Source of the DNA: an uncultured virus (IMG/VR IMGVR_UViG_3300010412_000006)
Lineage: Duplodnaviria; Heunggongvirae; Uroviricota; Caudoviricetes
DNA: 20,000 nt
Strand: one strand, 5' to 3'
Virus record (IMG/VR): IMGVR_UViG_3300010412_000006
Positions 1-8,865 of this stretch are shown piece after piece. The notes under the pieces are model-generated. The model searched no databases, had not been told where the DNA came from, and saw only the letters and a list, made by a program, of their open reading frames with translations. Within the stretch, counting starts at the first letter, position 1. Each line of letters opens with the position of its first letter. A program made the position numbers and the translations under genes.

Positions 1-1
1 G

Positions 2-232
2 ATTGAGGTCGCGTCGGTGCTGTCGCGTTCTATGGCGTGCGTCGGTTCCGACAGCCTCATCACCAATCTGTCGTCCCTCATCGGCGTGCCGACAGTCAGC
101 ATTCACGACTGCATGGATTCGCTACTCGCGTCGAACAGGTCGGTATACGGGGATCATGCCTGCAGCGTTCTCCCCAAAAGAGGAGAGGACATTCGGTTGA
201 TTGTAATAGATAGATTAGCGAGGTTTTTTTAG
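2..232 (+). CDS. 3' fragment of a probable GT-B glycosyltransferase (GT9/heptosyltransferase-like), truncated by the window edge
   Basis: Frame +2 is open from base 2 (IEVASVLSRSMACVGSDSLITNLSSLIGVPTVSI...). This resembles the GT9 C-terminal signature (a.li..a..fiG.DSG..HlAaalg.Ptv), although the G and H positions are degenerate. The TAG at 230-232 lies 2 nt before the next ATG. Confidence 0.5.
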   Translation: MEVASVLSRSMACVGSDSLITNLSSLIGVPTVSIHDCMDSLLASNRSVYGDHACSVLPKRGEDIRLIVIDRLARFF

Positions 233-234
233 TC

Positions 235-1530
235 ATGAGTTCAAAAATGATATATTCTAAGTGTTTTAAGGTCGGCGACAGGTATGCGTTCTCAACCCAT
301 GTCGGCGATGACGTCGTGTTCACTTCGAACGAGCCTAACATCTTCTTCTTCGGAAGCTACGGAACATATGGAAGTCCGGCCGAGGCGAAACGGGCGTCTT
401 CAGATATGCTGTTTAGGAACTCTCCTGTTCTCGTCAGGCTGTCCCAGAGCAGCCGGAGTTCGATAAAGTCGCTGCTCATCGACAAGTACATGAAGACCGT
501 CGAGTTCCTGAATGGCATATATCAGGATATAATCGACGACTACAGCGACGATTCGTACAACAATCTTGACAGGACGGTCCCGATACTCGACAGCATACTC
601 GAGGATACTGCCGGAGAAGGAAAGCAGCTTGATCTCGTGGTCAACCAGATGGAGGAGTCTGTTAGCGGCGACTATGAGCCTCCGGAGAACGGAACGGTCA
701 ACGAGAGTGAGATAAGCAGTGATGAGGCGAAACAGATACTCAAGATGAGGGACTGGATGAGGTATCTCATGAGCACGTTGGAAAAGAACTTTCCCCAGTT
801 CTTGAAGGCCGTTTCGAAAAACTCCATGATCAAGGAGGCATCGTCATCGTTCGACATCGGAGACCTCATTAACGAAGTCGCCATGAACTATTGCGACAGG
901 GCATGCAGATCGTGCGGCATGGGGACGCCGAGAATAGAGTCGGCAAAGGACCTCTGCGGCGATCTCGGGCTGATGTGTCGCGGCAACGACGGCAGGCGCG
1001 TCATGGTCGTTGTCGGCACGGACCTGAGCTACAGGGGCATGATGCCTCTTTCCGGAGGCCCCAGTCACGGGTCGATGGCACACTTCACCGAAATGCTTCT
1101 TCCGTCCATGAACGCAGTCGGGCACATGAGGCCAATCGGACACGATTTCTTGATGGTTCCGAGTCAGAAGAACGCAAGCGGTCCAGACTGCTTCGACGGA
1201 TTTGACGCGGGAAGCATGGAACCGATCGTCATCAGGGTTAAGCAGGTCGGCGGAAAAAGGACGAAGAACGCCAGCTGTTCATACTGCAGGGAAAGAATAA
1301 GCTCCGCCTCTTCTGAACAGTCGATAAAGAACGCCAACGACATATCGAACGCATCTCTCGTCGAGATAGTCATACCGAATTCGAAATACGAAGGAATGGC
1401 AGGGACCGTTGACCCTTCGAAGATACTCTTCAGGAACGACCACATAGAGTTTCCGGTGTCTCTCGAATACGATACGGGAGAGAAGATCGAGCTGTGGGTC
1501 ACCGATGAAGACGTCAAAATATACAAGTAG
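235..1530 (+). CDS. Hypothetical protein, 431 aa; possible virion-associated multidomain protein with a small C-terminal beta-barrel (SH3/KOW-like) segment
   Basis: Long ORF with GAGG upstream (about 220-223), tightly packed between its neighbours. The C-terminal VEIVIPNSKYEGMAGTV...ELWVTDEDV is reminiscent of KOW/SH3 barrels. No family recognised. Confidence 0.75.
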   Translation: MSSKMIYSKCFKVGDRYAFSTHVGDDVVFTSNEPNIFFFGSYGTYGSPAEAKRASSDMLFRNSPVLVRLSQSSRSSIKSLLIDKYMKTVEFLNGIYQDIIDDYSDDSYNNLDRTVPILDSILEDTAGEGKQLDLVVNQMEESVSGDYEPPENGTVNESEISSDEAKQILKMRDWMRYLMSTLEKNFPQFLKAVSKNSMIKEASSSFDIGDLINEVAMNYCDRACRSCGMGTPRIESAKDLCGDLGLMCRGNDGRRVMVVVGTDLSYRGMMPLSGGPSHGSMAHFTEMLLPSMNAVGHMRPIGHDFLMVPSQKNASGPDCFDGFDAGSMEPIVIRVKQVGGKRTKNASCSYCRERISSASSEQSIKNANDISNASLVEIVIPNSKYEGMAGTVDPSKILFRNDHIEFPVSLEYDTGEKIELWVTDEDVKIYK

Positions 1531-1536
1531 GCCAAC

Positions 1537-3291
1537 ATGTACAAGAAAAAGTCAACTAAATCCGGCAATCCCGGACTCAGCCTCGGCGCCATGCTCGAGG
1601 AGGCCAGGGTCGATGTCGGGATATCCGATATTCAGAGCGAAAGCGATGACGGAAAAATAGTTGACGTACTGACTTTCTGCGACAGTCCGAAGTACCTCAA
1701 CCTTCCGGAAAGGGGATTCAATCTCTACAGGGGGCAGAGGATCATACTGAAGATATTCTATCTCGGATCCCTCGGAAACGAGAACGTTGAGCTCAACGAA
1801 GACGACTGGGCATGGCTCGAGGAGAAACAGCAGGCCAACGTCATCAAGAGGCTCAGGGCCAAACTTGACGGGGTCAACCCAGGCGACAGGCACAATTTCA
1901 TATTCAAGGAACTTCACCTTGCCCTCGGACGGCGGTCATCGAAGACTATCATGACATCAATAATCGTGACCTACGAGGCCTATAAGCTGATAATGCTCGG
2001 TGATCCCTATAAGCACTACGAGATACCCGAAGGTGAAGAAATCGCCATAATAAACGTCGCCAATTCGCAGAATCAGGCGAATCGTCTCTTCTCGCAGATA
2101 AAGGAGAGGATAAGAAAGGCTCCGTTCTTCAACGGCCGCGTGGACACCACTACGGCGTCGATGATAAGACTGTTTACCGATGTCGACCTTGCCAGGATGA
2201 AGGAGGCGGATACCAACATATCCGTCGAAGGATCCATAGTCCTCGTATGCGGCCACAGCAATCCGGACACTCTTCGCGGATATTCCGCCGCCGCCATAAT
2301 GTTTGACGAGTTTGCGTTCTATGACGAGAACCCCAAGATATCCGGAAGGGGGTTCTACAACGCCCTCAAGCCGTCCATCGCCGCGTTTGACGCGAAGGGA
2401 GACGGAAGGCTTGTCGAGCTTTCGTCCGTCAACGGCATGTCCGGAATATTCTATGAGATATGGAGAAACGGGCAGAGTGACGAGGAGGCGTTCAGGGACA
2501 TATTGTCGTTCAGGCTCGCCACATGGGACATCAACGAGAAGCTGAGATACGACGGCGAATTCCTGACGAAGACAAGGATGCAGGATCCGGAAGCCTTCAA
2601 TGTCGAGTACGGTTCCATGTGGAACACTTCCGGGGCGAGCAGGAAATTCTTCACAAGGGATCTCGTCGACAGTGCCGTATATCCCATGATGACCCAGCAG
2701 TATCAGGCAATGAAGGAATACAAGTACTATGTCCATGTCGACCCGGCGTCGTCAAAGGACGCCTACTGTCTCGTCGTTGTTTACAGGGTTCCTTACGTCA
2801 CTCCGAGGGGAGAGAAGAGATTCAAGATAAATTTGGCCTATCACCAGATATGGAAGCCTGGACCCATGGGACTTGACTTCAAGGACATAGACGACCAGGT
2901 ATTCGACATATGTAGGAGATTCAGGGCTGTTTCCGTGACCTATGATGTATGGAATTCCGTCCACAGCGTAGAATACTTGAGGAACAAGGGGCTAAGGGCC
3001 AGCAGGCTTCAGTTTTCAAGGTCGAACAAGGCCATGTTCTATTCCAACCTCGAGGATCTCATGAACAGGAGAGAGCTTTGCATGTATTACGACGAGACCA
3101 TATACGGAGAGCTAATCAACTTGAGGTATCAGCCGTCCATGAGGGGCATATCCATAGGAAAGGACGAAAAATCCGACTTTCCTACGGATGACCTCATAGA
3201 CTGTCTTGCCGGTGCGGCGTGGATGGCCATAGGAAGGGAGAAGAAGGACGCATTGCCCACGACTCTCATAGCGAATATGGGGCGTTTCTGA
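1537..3291 (+). CDS. terL: Phage terminase large subunit (ATPase + RNase H-like nuclease)
   Basis: Walker A-like LALGRRSSKT, INVANSQNQA strand, LRG..AAIMFDEFAF Walker B, coupling motif ELSS, and nuclease acidic motifs HVDPA, YDVWNS and TDDLIDCLAG. 584 aa with no intein-sized insertion. Confidence 0.9.
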   Translation: MYKKKSTKSGNPGLSLGAMLEEARVDVGISDIQSESDDGKIVDVLTFCDSPKYLNLPERGFNLYRGQRIILKIFYLGSLGNENVELNEDDWAWLEEKQQANVIKRLRAKLDGVNPGDRHNFIFKELHLALGRRSSKTIMTSIIVTYEAYKLIMLGDPYKHYEIPEGEEIAIINVANSQNQANRLFSQIKERIRKAPFFNGRVDTTTASMIRLFTDVDLARMKEADTNISVEGSIVLVCGHSNPDTLRGYSAAAIMFDEFAFYDENPKISGRGFYNALKPSIAAFDAKGDGRLVELSSVNGMSGIFYEIWRNGQSDEEAFRDILSFRLATWDINEKLRYDGEFLTKTRMQDPEAFNVEYGSMWNTSGASRKFFTRDLVDSAVYPMMTQQYQAMKEYKYYVHVDPASSKDAYCLVVVYRVPYVTPRGEKRFKINLAYHQIWKPGPMGLDFKDIDDQVFDICRRFRAVSVTYDVWNSVHSVEYLRNKGLRASRLQFSRSNKAMFYSNLEDLMNRRELCMYYDETIYGELINLRYQPSMRGISIGKDEKSDFPTDDLIDCLAGAAWMAIGREKKDALPTTLIANMGRF

Positions 3292-3412
3292 AGTTTATCC
3301 GTCCGACATAGGATTTACGATTGAAAAAAATGTAAAATAGTAGAAGTCCAGTTAACATCAAAATGCGGCATCTGGAACGTTTATGCCGTAAAAGGAATCC
3401 AGAGAGGTAAAT
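3292..3412 (+). promoter_or_regulatory. AT-rich intergenic region, probable promoter plus RBS for the downstream gene block
   Basis: One of only two intergenic gaps over 100 nt. Contains TTGAAA (3321) and TAAAAT (3333) with non-canonical spacing, and GAGGT just upstream of the ATG at 3413. Confidence 0.4.
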
Positions 3413-3802
3413 ATGTCGTATAATCATAAGTATGCGAAGGCCCAGAAGAAGCGTCAAGAATGGGAAGATCACACCGAGCGTCGTCTGAGAGACAACTTCG
3501 ACTCGCTATCGAAAGATGTTGGTCGCACCTATGAAGCCCTTCTTCAGGGGGAAAGATCGGAAAAGGAAAGAAAGACAACGACGGAAGACCAACTTGCTTC
3601 CCAGAGGTCTGATACCAGGCATGCCGTGACCGAAAAGCTCATGGACACGTCTGAGGCCTCGTTCGGCAATGTCATGCGTAAGGCTCTTGAAACCGGAGAG
3701 ATCCCCCCTCTTGAAGCAAAGAGGATGTCGGAGAATCCGGTTGAGAAAACCAAGTATGAGTCGGCCAACAAGAAGCCCAAGAAGGATCCGTCGAAGGAGT
3801 AG
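3413..3802 (+). CDS. Hypothetical charged protein, 129 aa
   Basis: ORF with a GAGAGGT RBS and a highly charged helical composition; TAG-TAA-ATG junction with the next gene. Confidence 0.75.
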   Translation: MSYNHKYAKAQKKRQEWEDHTERRLRDNFDSLSKDVGRTYEALLQGERSEKERKTTTEDQLASQRSDTRHAVTEKLMDTSEASFGNVMRKALETGEIPPLEAKRMSENPVEKTKYESANKKPKKDPSKE

Positions 3803-3805
3803 TAA

Positions 3806-4324
3806 ATGGTTCTTGTAAAAGTCGTGAACGTGACAAAGTCAACCGTTCATGTCAGCAATCCGAGCACTGTGCTCGGCGCCGGCATGTCAATGATGATGAC
3901 GGAAGAGGATCTTCAGTCCAACCGTGAGATTCTTGGTGCGATATCCGCCAACATTCTCGAGGTGAGGGGAATCGATCCGGCCGATGCCGGCAAAAAAAAC
4001 GAAAGCGAGTCGGTTGTCGAACAGGACGCAGATTCCATGAAGGAAATCGAGTCCGTAAGGTTCTCCGATGTTGATCTGGAATCCGATGCGGCAGGAGATT
4101 CGTCTTTCGTGAAATCCAGGAACGGCGTCATCCAGGTAGATCCGAAGACGGCGGAGAGCGTCGCATCCGAACCGCAGCCGGCAAAGGACAAGGAATACAT
4201 TGACGGCATAGAGGTTCTCAGCCCAGTTGTCGACAAGACAGTCAAGGTTGGCGGTGTCGACATGGTCATCGATGACGACGGAGAACCTGAGTACGACGAT
4301 GCTTTCGTGGATCCAAACATATGA
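3806..4324 (+). CDS. Hypothetical protein, 172 aa (small N-terminal beta domain plus acidic low-complexity tail)
   Basis: AAGGAG RBS at about 3794-3799; tight packing; D/E-rich C-terminus. Confidence 0.75.
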   Translation: MVLVKVVNVTKSTVHVSNPSTVLGAGMSMMMTEEDLQSNREILGAISANILEVRGIDPADAGKKNESESVVEQDADSMKEIESVRFSDVDLESDAAGDSSFVKSRNGVIQVDPKTAESVASEPQPAKDKEYIDGIEVLSPVVDKTVKVGGVDMVIDDDGEPEYDDAFVDPNI

Positions 4325-4332
4325 GGCCATAA

Positions 4333-5367
4333 GTGAAAATAAAGGCATATAGGACGACGATGCCGATGAACGGCGGACTGTCTCCCGTGACGGACAAGAC
4401 AAGGTGGAATCAGCCACAGCTTGGCGGCGAACCCAATTCCAAACAGAGGAAGATGTTCGACGAGACCATGGGCGGCGACCACAAGATGATCGGTCCCGAT
4501 CCCGACGGCGTCAACTACGCCGTCGGCGGTCCGTTCTGGGGAGAATGGTCTAAGTCCGGGGTCGATGTACCGTATGCCGTCGAGATAGTCGTCATCGACA
4601 TGGATGGAAAAGAGCACGTCTATGACGACATGACAATGGAACAGGTCATGGAAGAGTGGGAGAAGAGCGGCAGGGAATACAAGATTATGGTAAGGAGGGA
4701 GAAGCGTAAGGTCGCTGCGATGACCGTCAACGCGGCTTCGTCCTCCATGGACATATCCTCGCTCGTGGCAAGCATACTGCCTGGATGTTTCAAAATAGAG
4801 GGCGAGTCCGCAAAGTACGGAAAGAAGGAAGTGGGATCTTGCTTTGCGGTGGCAGACGGCAAGTTCGTCACGTGTGCCCACGCGATAAGCAAGAAGAACG
4901 AGAACCCCGATGATATTTCGATATTCATCATAGAGGGCGAGAACAGGCACAGGGCATATCCCATAGATGTCGACTACGACATGGACCTCGCCGTAGTCGA
5001 GTGCGATACGCTTCGTCATTTTCCGTTGCGGGTAAAGTCAATATCCGAAGTCCCGGTCGGTTCTGGAATAGCATGCGTAGGCAGTCCGTTCGGATACGAC
5101 AACAATGTTTCCAGGGGAATAGTGTCTTCCAAGGGCAGGATCGTCGATGAGGAGGGTGCCATATCCTATTTCTTCATAGATCTTGCCGTTTATCCTGGCA
5201 ATTCTGGAGGTCCTGTCGTCGACATATCTGACGGCAGGGTCATCGGCGTTGCCGCCGTAATAATTAACTCTGTCGGTAACTATGGGATCAATGCGGCGAT
5301 TCCAATCGATTATGTCGTCAGGAGATTTTCTGACGTTGATTTTTCTTATGGAGGTAGTTTGAAATGA
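4333..5367 (+). CDS. Trypsin-like (chymotrypsin clan PA, HtrA/DegP-type) serine protease without a PDZ domain, with an N-terminal extension of about 130 aa
   Basis: Intact triad: FVTCAH (His codon 4879), DMDLAVV (Asp), PGNSGGPV (Ser codon 5203). Also VGSPFG and VSRGIVS, typical of HtrA-type protease domains. GTG start after GAGG; ATGA overlap with the next gene. Confidence 0.9.
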   Translation: MKIKAYRTTMPMNGGLSPVTDKTRWNQPQLGGEPNSKQRKMFDETMGGDHKMIGPDPDGVNYAVGGPFWGEWSKSGVDVPYAVEIVVIDMDGKEHVYDDMTMEQVMEEWEKSGREYKIMVRREKRKVAAMTVNAASSSMDISSLVASILPGCFKIEGESAKYGKKEVGSCFAVADGKFVTCAHAISKKNENPDDISIFIIEGENRHRAYPIDVDYDMDLAVVECDTLRHFPLRVKSISEVPVGSGIACVGSPFGYDNNVSRGIVSSKGRIVDEEGAISYFFIDLAVYPGNSGGPVVDISDGRVIGVAAVIINSVGNYGINAAIPIDYVVRRFSDVDFSYGGSLK

Positions 5368-6014
5368 ACATATTCAAGGTCTTGCCGGATGGCAGTTTCA
5401 GAAAAATAATGAATGACGACGACGTGTCGATGATAGTGCTTGCGGCAGTCGAACATGATGAAGTCAATAAGATACTCAAGCTGATCTCTGACGGGAAGAT
5501 TGTCGTAAAGATAAAGTCGGACGACCAGGGCAATCCCATTTTTGACGTCAGGGTTCCCGACGGCGCCCATTTCAACTGGGCGAACGGTGAGGACGTGCAG
5601 CTCATGCTTGACCTTATCATGATGGAGATTGCCGACGCATTTGACGGAATGCTCGGAGATCCAAACAATAAGGTGAGCATCGAATCTGCCAAGGTGAGGA
5701 TATGGGCCGAAAGCGCCAATTCCAACCTGTACGAATCGGAGATCATGGACGCCATAGAGAAGATATCTTCCGGGCAGATGGCGAGAGAGCTCCAGAAGCA
5801 GCAACTCGGCGATGATATTCTCGACTTCGACGACGAGGAATACGTCTATGTGGAAAAAGACAAAGACAGCGACACGACAAGGACGACGACCCGTTCCGAA
5901 GCTCCGGCTCCGCACGTGGAAGGCGAACCTCCGGTCGCTCAGCCAACATGCACCGGCCCATCGTGCCGTCCAGAGACGCAGAGGCAGAGGAACAGCCCCG
6001 AAAGAACCACCTGA
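5364..6014 (+). CDS. Hypothetical acidic protein, 216 aa
   Basis: GGAGGT RBS (about 5350-5355), 4-nt ATGA overlap with the protease gene, and a disordered Pro/Thr/charged C-tail. Confidence 0.75.
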   Translation: MNIFKVLPDGSFRKIMNDDDVSMIVLAAVEHDEVNKILKLISDGKIVVKIKSDDQGNPIFDVRVPDGAHFNWANGEDVQLMLDLIMMEIADAFDGMLGDPNNKVSIESAKVRIWAESANSNLYESEIMDAIEKISSGQMARELQKQQLGDDILDFDDEEYVYVEKDKDSDTTRTTTRSEAPAPHVEGEPPVAQPTCTGPSCRPETQRQRNSPERTT

Positions 6015-6037
6015 TAAATCATACCGGAGGTCTTCAT

Positions 6038-8389
6038 ATGGAAGACGGCATTGTAGATAAGATCATTCCAAACATAGAGGGGAACATAGGCGGCCCTCAG
6101 GTTTCCTATGAGGAGATAGGCTCTGTCCTGTCGCAGGCCGACGAGGCCATGGCCCTTGTCCGATCATCCTCCTATGCGGATAATCTTAGCAACATAGCCT
6201 ACATCTACAATTCCACGGAATCAGGGGCGTTCGGCGTATTCGACCCGAACATAGACAGGAGCGTGAAGGTCAAGATAGTCGAGGAGAAAATGCGTTCCAT
6301 GGGATATGAGACTGATCTGCGCGACGGCCATCTCTATGCGTGGACGCCCGGTAAGGACGCTTCAGAAGTGAGGGAACAGATGGAAAAGCTGTATTCCGAT
6401 CTCGACTTGAAGGGCGGTCTGGTAATAGGCATAAACGCCTCCAAGATAATGGACGTTTCAAGGCGCAACTTGATGGACCTGGAATCCGAATTCTCAGGAG
6501 ACGACAGGTATCTTCCGATAGATTCGAAGGACCTCGACCAGATGATAGCCATACATCTGGGATCGACGATAGTCCACGAGAGCGTCCATGCTCTCGGAGA
6601 CAAGGGGGAGGCGGGGCCGATAGCGGCCCAGAACGCATGGATAGCGGAAGTCCTTCCAAAAATAAATTCAATGAGGCAGTCGGAAGGGAGAATTCCACTC
6701 GAGCTTAGCGGCGAAACCTATACGGCCTCCTCGAGAAGGAAGCTTATCACGGCCCAAACTTCAGGATTTCTGGACAGCGTCCTCCCTGAGATTCTGCTGA
6801 ACAAGGACAGGGGCCCCGATCCTCTGTGGCATGTCGACAGGGAAATTCACGATTCCATGGAGACCATGCTGTCGAAGAACACGCATTCTCCGATAGACGG
6901 AAGCTTCATAACGGAGAAAGAGCTGGAAATAGACAGGAAAGACAAGGAAAGCCGGTACATGATCATAGAGGATCTCCTAGAGGAGGACAGGCCTCATCCG
7001 ATCATAGTTCCAATGAAGAAGAGCGCTGGCATAAACTCCAACATAGGCGGACCGTTCATATCCAGCCCGTTTTCCGTGGACGAGATGCTTCCGAGGGTTC
7101 TCGACGGGACAGGGATACAGGACAAGATAGACTACAAGGAGGGTGAGGATCCGTATTGGCACTACAGGTACAAGCCAGAAAACCGTCACCTTGAAAGGGA
7201 CAGATTCGGGAGAATGACTTACGTCTACGACGCAAGGATAGAGATCATCGACTACGACAACAACTATCCGGCCTCGTGGGATTCCCTGTTCAGGGAGGAC
7301 ATCGTCGTCGGACCGTGGAGAAGGATGGGGTCGGTGGACGATTCGATGGACAGGAAGAACAGGTCGATCGCGGCCATAAGGACCATCGGATACTACAAGA
7401 ACATGGTCAATTCAGGACAGAAGAACGCCGTCAGGTTCATTTGCGACAGGGACATATCCGACAATGTCCTCGCCATGCTTTCCGATTCGATGACGGCCGT
7501 ATTCGACCACGGAGACGAGAAGGTCATGTGGATATTCTCGAAGGACGTGACGAGAGAGAAGCTAGTCGAGATAGAGTCCGCCATAATCGAGGGAAGGGAT
7601 ACCGAGATGGTCAACGAGTTCATGGGGACGGAAGACGAGATAAAGAGACGCATAAGCGCCATAATAGAGAAGGCCGCATCGGTGTCGCGCGAGCATGGAA
7701 TATCAGGAGTATACATAGTCGGAGGATTTCCTAGAGTGCTGGCAGGAAGCAGGGACTTTCTCGACGTGAACGATCTCGACTTCACTTCTGGAAATCCCGG
7801 GGAGTGCCTCAAGCTCGGAGGACTAATCGCTTCCGAATTCAATGTCGACGCGTCAATATACCACAGGACAATGACGATGAGCTTCGAGGTTCTCGGCATA
7901 AAGTCAGACTTCAGGGGAAACTTCGTCGTTCCAGGAGTGAGGGAGCTGATGCGTAGTTCTGGAATAAGGGTGACGCCGCTGAACTACGACATATATGCGA
8001 GGGACTTCACCGTAAACAGCCTCCTCTATGATTTTGTCGAGAACAAGATATACGACATCACGGGGAACGGACTGAGGGATCTTGAGATGAAGATCCTGAG
8101 GACGCATTTCGATCCCATGGAAGTCATTCCGATAAATCCCCTCATAATCACGAGGGCAATCATAATGAACATGCGGGGGTTCATGATCGACGACGTCCTG
8201 TACGAGTCGATGAAGAAGCTTTCAGGAAAGATTTTCGATTCGGACATATCCGAATTGAGGCTGGCTTATGAGTGTGACAAGATCATGTCTTATGAGGATG
8301 GCGATTACATGTTGAAGGAATTTGGTCTTGAGAAACTGAAGGATATCAGCAGAAAGGCTAAGAGAGAAAATCCGGAACTTTTTAAGTAG
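6038..8389 (+). CDS. Multidomain protein: N-terminal HExxH zincin-like metallopeptidase domain, unknown middle region, C-terminal class II nucleotidyltransferase (CCA-adding enzyme/poly(A) polymerase head-neck) domain
   Basis: Start moved to ATG 6038 (GGAGG at 6026-6030; removes the overlap with the previous gene). TIVHESVHALG at 6575-6589. NTase motifs YIVGGFPR (7712), DLD (7772-7780), ARDFTVNSLLYD (7997) and DITGNGLRDL...ILRT. Confidence 0.85.
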   Translation: MEDGIVDKIIPNIEGNIGGPQVSYEEIGSVLSQADEAMALVRSSSYADNLSNIAYIYNSTESGAFGVFDPNIDRSVKVKIVEEKMRSMGYETDLRDGHLYAWTPGKDASEVREQMEKLYSDLDLKGGLVIGINASKIMDVSRRNLMDLESEFSGDDRYLPIDSKDLDQMIAIHLGSTIVHESVHALGDKGEAGPIAAQNAWIAEVLPKINSMRQSEGRIPLELSGETYTASSRRKLITAQTSGFLDSVLPEILLNKDRGPDPLWHVDREIHDSMETMLSKNTHSPIDGSFITEKELEIDRKDKESRYMIIEDLLEEDRPHPIIVPMKKSAGINSNIGGPFISSPFSVDEMLPRVLDGTGIQDKIDYKEGEDPYWHYRYKPENRHLERDRFGRMTYVYDARIEIIDYDNNYPASWDSLFREDIVVGPWRRMGSVDDSMDRKNRSIAAIRTIGYYKNMVNSGQKNAVRFICDRDISDNVLAMLSDSMTAVFDHGDEKVMWIFSKDVTREKLVEIESAIIEGRDTEMVNEFMGTEDEIKRRISAIIEKAASVSREHGISGVYIVGGFPRVLAGSRDFLDVNDLDFTSGNPGECLKLGGLIASEFNVDASIYHRTMTMSFEVLGIKSDFRGNFVVPGVRELMRSSGIRVTPLNYDIYARDFTVNSLLYDFVENKIYDITGNGLRDLEMKILRTHFDPMEVIPINPLIITRAIIMNMRGFMIDDVLYESMKKLSGKIFDSDISELRLAYECDKIMSYEDGDYMLKEFGLEKLKDISRKAKRENPELFK

Positions 8390-8400
8390 GAGGACATGAT

Positions 8401-8865
8401 ATGCCGGTACCCATATTACCGATGAATTTCAAGAAGGAAGACGACAGCCAGCCGATGATGGAAGGCCCCGACTACATGGGCATAAATGTCGAGATGCTCA
8501 GCGGCGTCATAAGGACTCAGAAATCGAACTCCAACATCAAGGTGAGCGACAGCGACGCGAGCCTTCTGTTCAGGTTCTGGCAGGAAGGAAAGGCTACGAA
8601 GACTGGGAGCGTCGAATCCATCGAGGTTCCTGAGAAATTTTCCGACAACGACGTATTGAGGCTCAAGGCGCTTGGTTTTGTCGTCGGCGACGACACGAAG
8701 GTCGTGAAGCTTACCCAGAGGGCAAAGAGCGTAATAAAGACCATTGTCCTCAATGAGGAGAACAAATTCGAGTCAACAAGGGTCCACAAACCGTACAACG
8801 AGATTCTCGCGGATAGCAAGAAAAACAATGGCAAGATAAGGCTGGCCTTGGAAGACAAGAAATGA
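8401..8865 (+). CDS. Hypothetical protein, 154 aa, possible winged-helix-like fold
   Basis: Strong AGGAGGA RBS (8388-8394). The pattern DVLRLKALGFVVG...VVKLTQRAK resembles the recognition-helix/wing (L...G.v....lT..g) of wHTH domains. The fold call is tentative. Confidence 0.7.
   Translation: MPVPILPMNFKKEDDSQPMMEGPDYMGINVEMLSGVIRTQKSNSNIKVSDSDASLLFRFWQEGKATKTGSVESIEVPEKFSDNDVLRLKALGFVVGDDTKVVKLTQRAKSVIKTIVLNEENKFESTRVHKPYNEILADSKKNNGKIRLALEDKK

Noticed and set aside
1528..1539. In-frame TAG junctions (431-aa ORF to terL; also 14728-14742, giant protein to 178-aa ORF) suggesting amber recoding or readthrough
   Set aside because: Long genes are uninterrupted under the standard code, other TAG junctions are out of frame or followed by TAA, and the 14740 gene has its own AGGAG RBS. 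In-frame spacing is expected by chance about one time in three.
3913..5019. 368-aa minus-strand ORF, and similar long antisense ORFs at 1957-2736, 15666-16640, 16701-17999 and 18223-19035
   Set aside because: Each lies opposite + strand genes with clear motifs and has no recognisable motif itself. They are best explained as shadow ORFs produced by the codon bias of the real genes.
5948..6037. Longer ORF-track starts at 5948, 15351 and 18097
   Set aside because: They overlap upstream genes or the promoter. The downstream ATGs (6038, 15390, 18145) have good Shine-Dalgarno sites and match where the domains begin.
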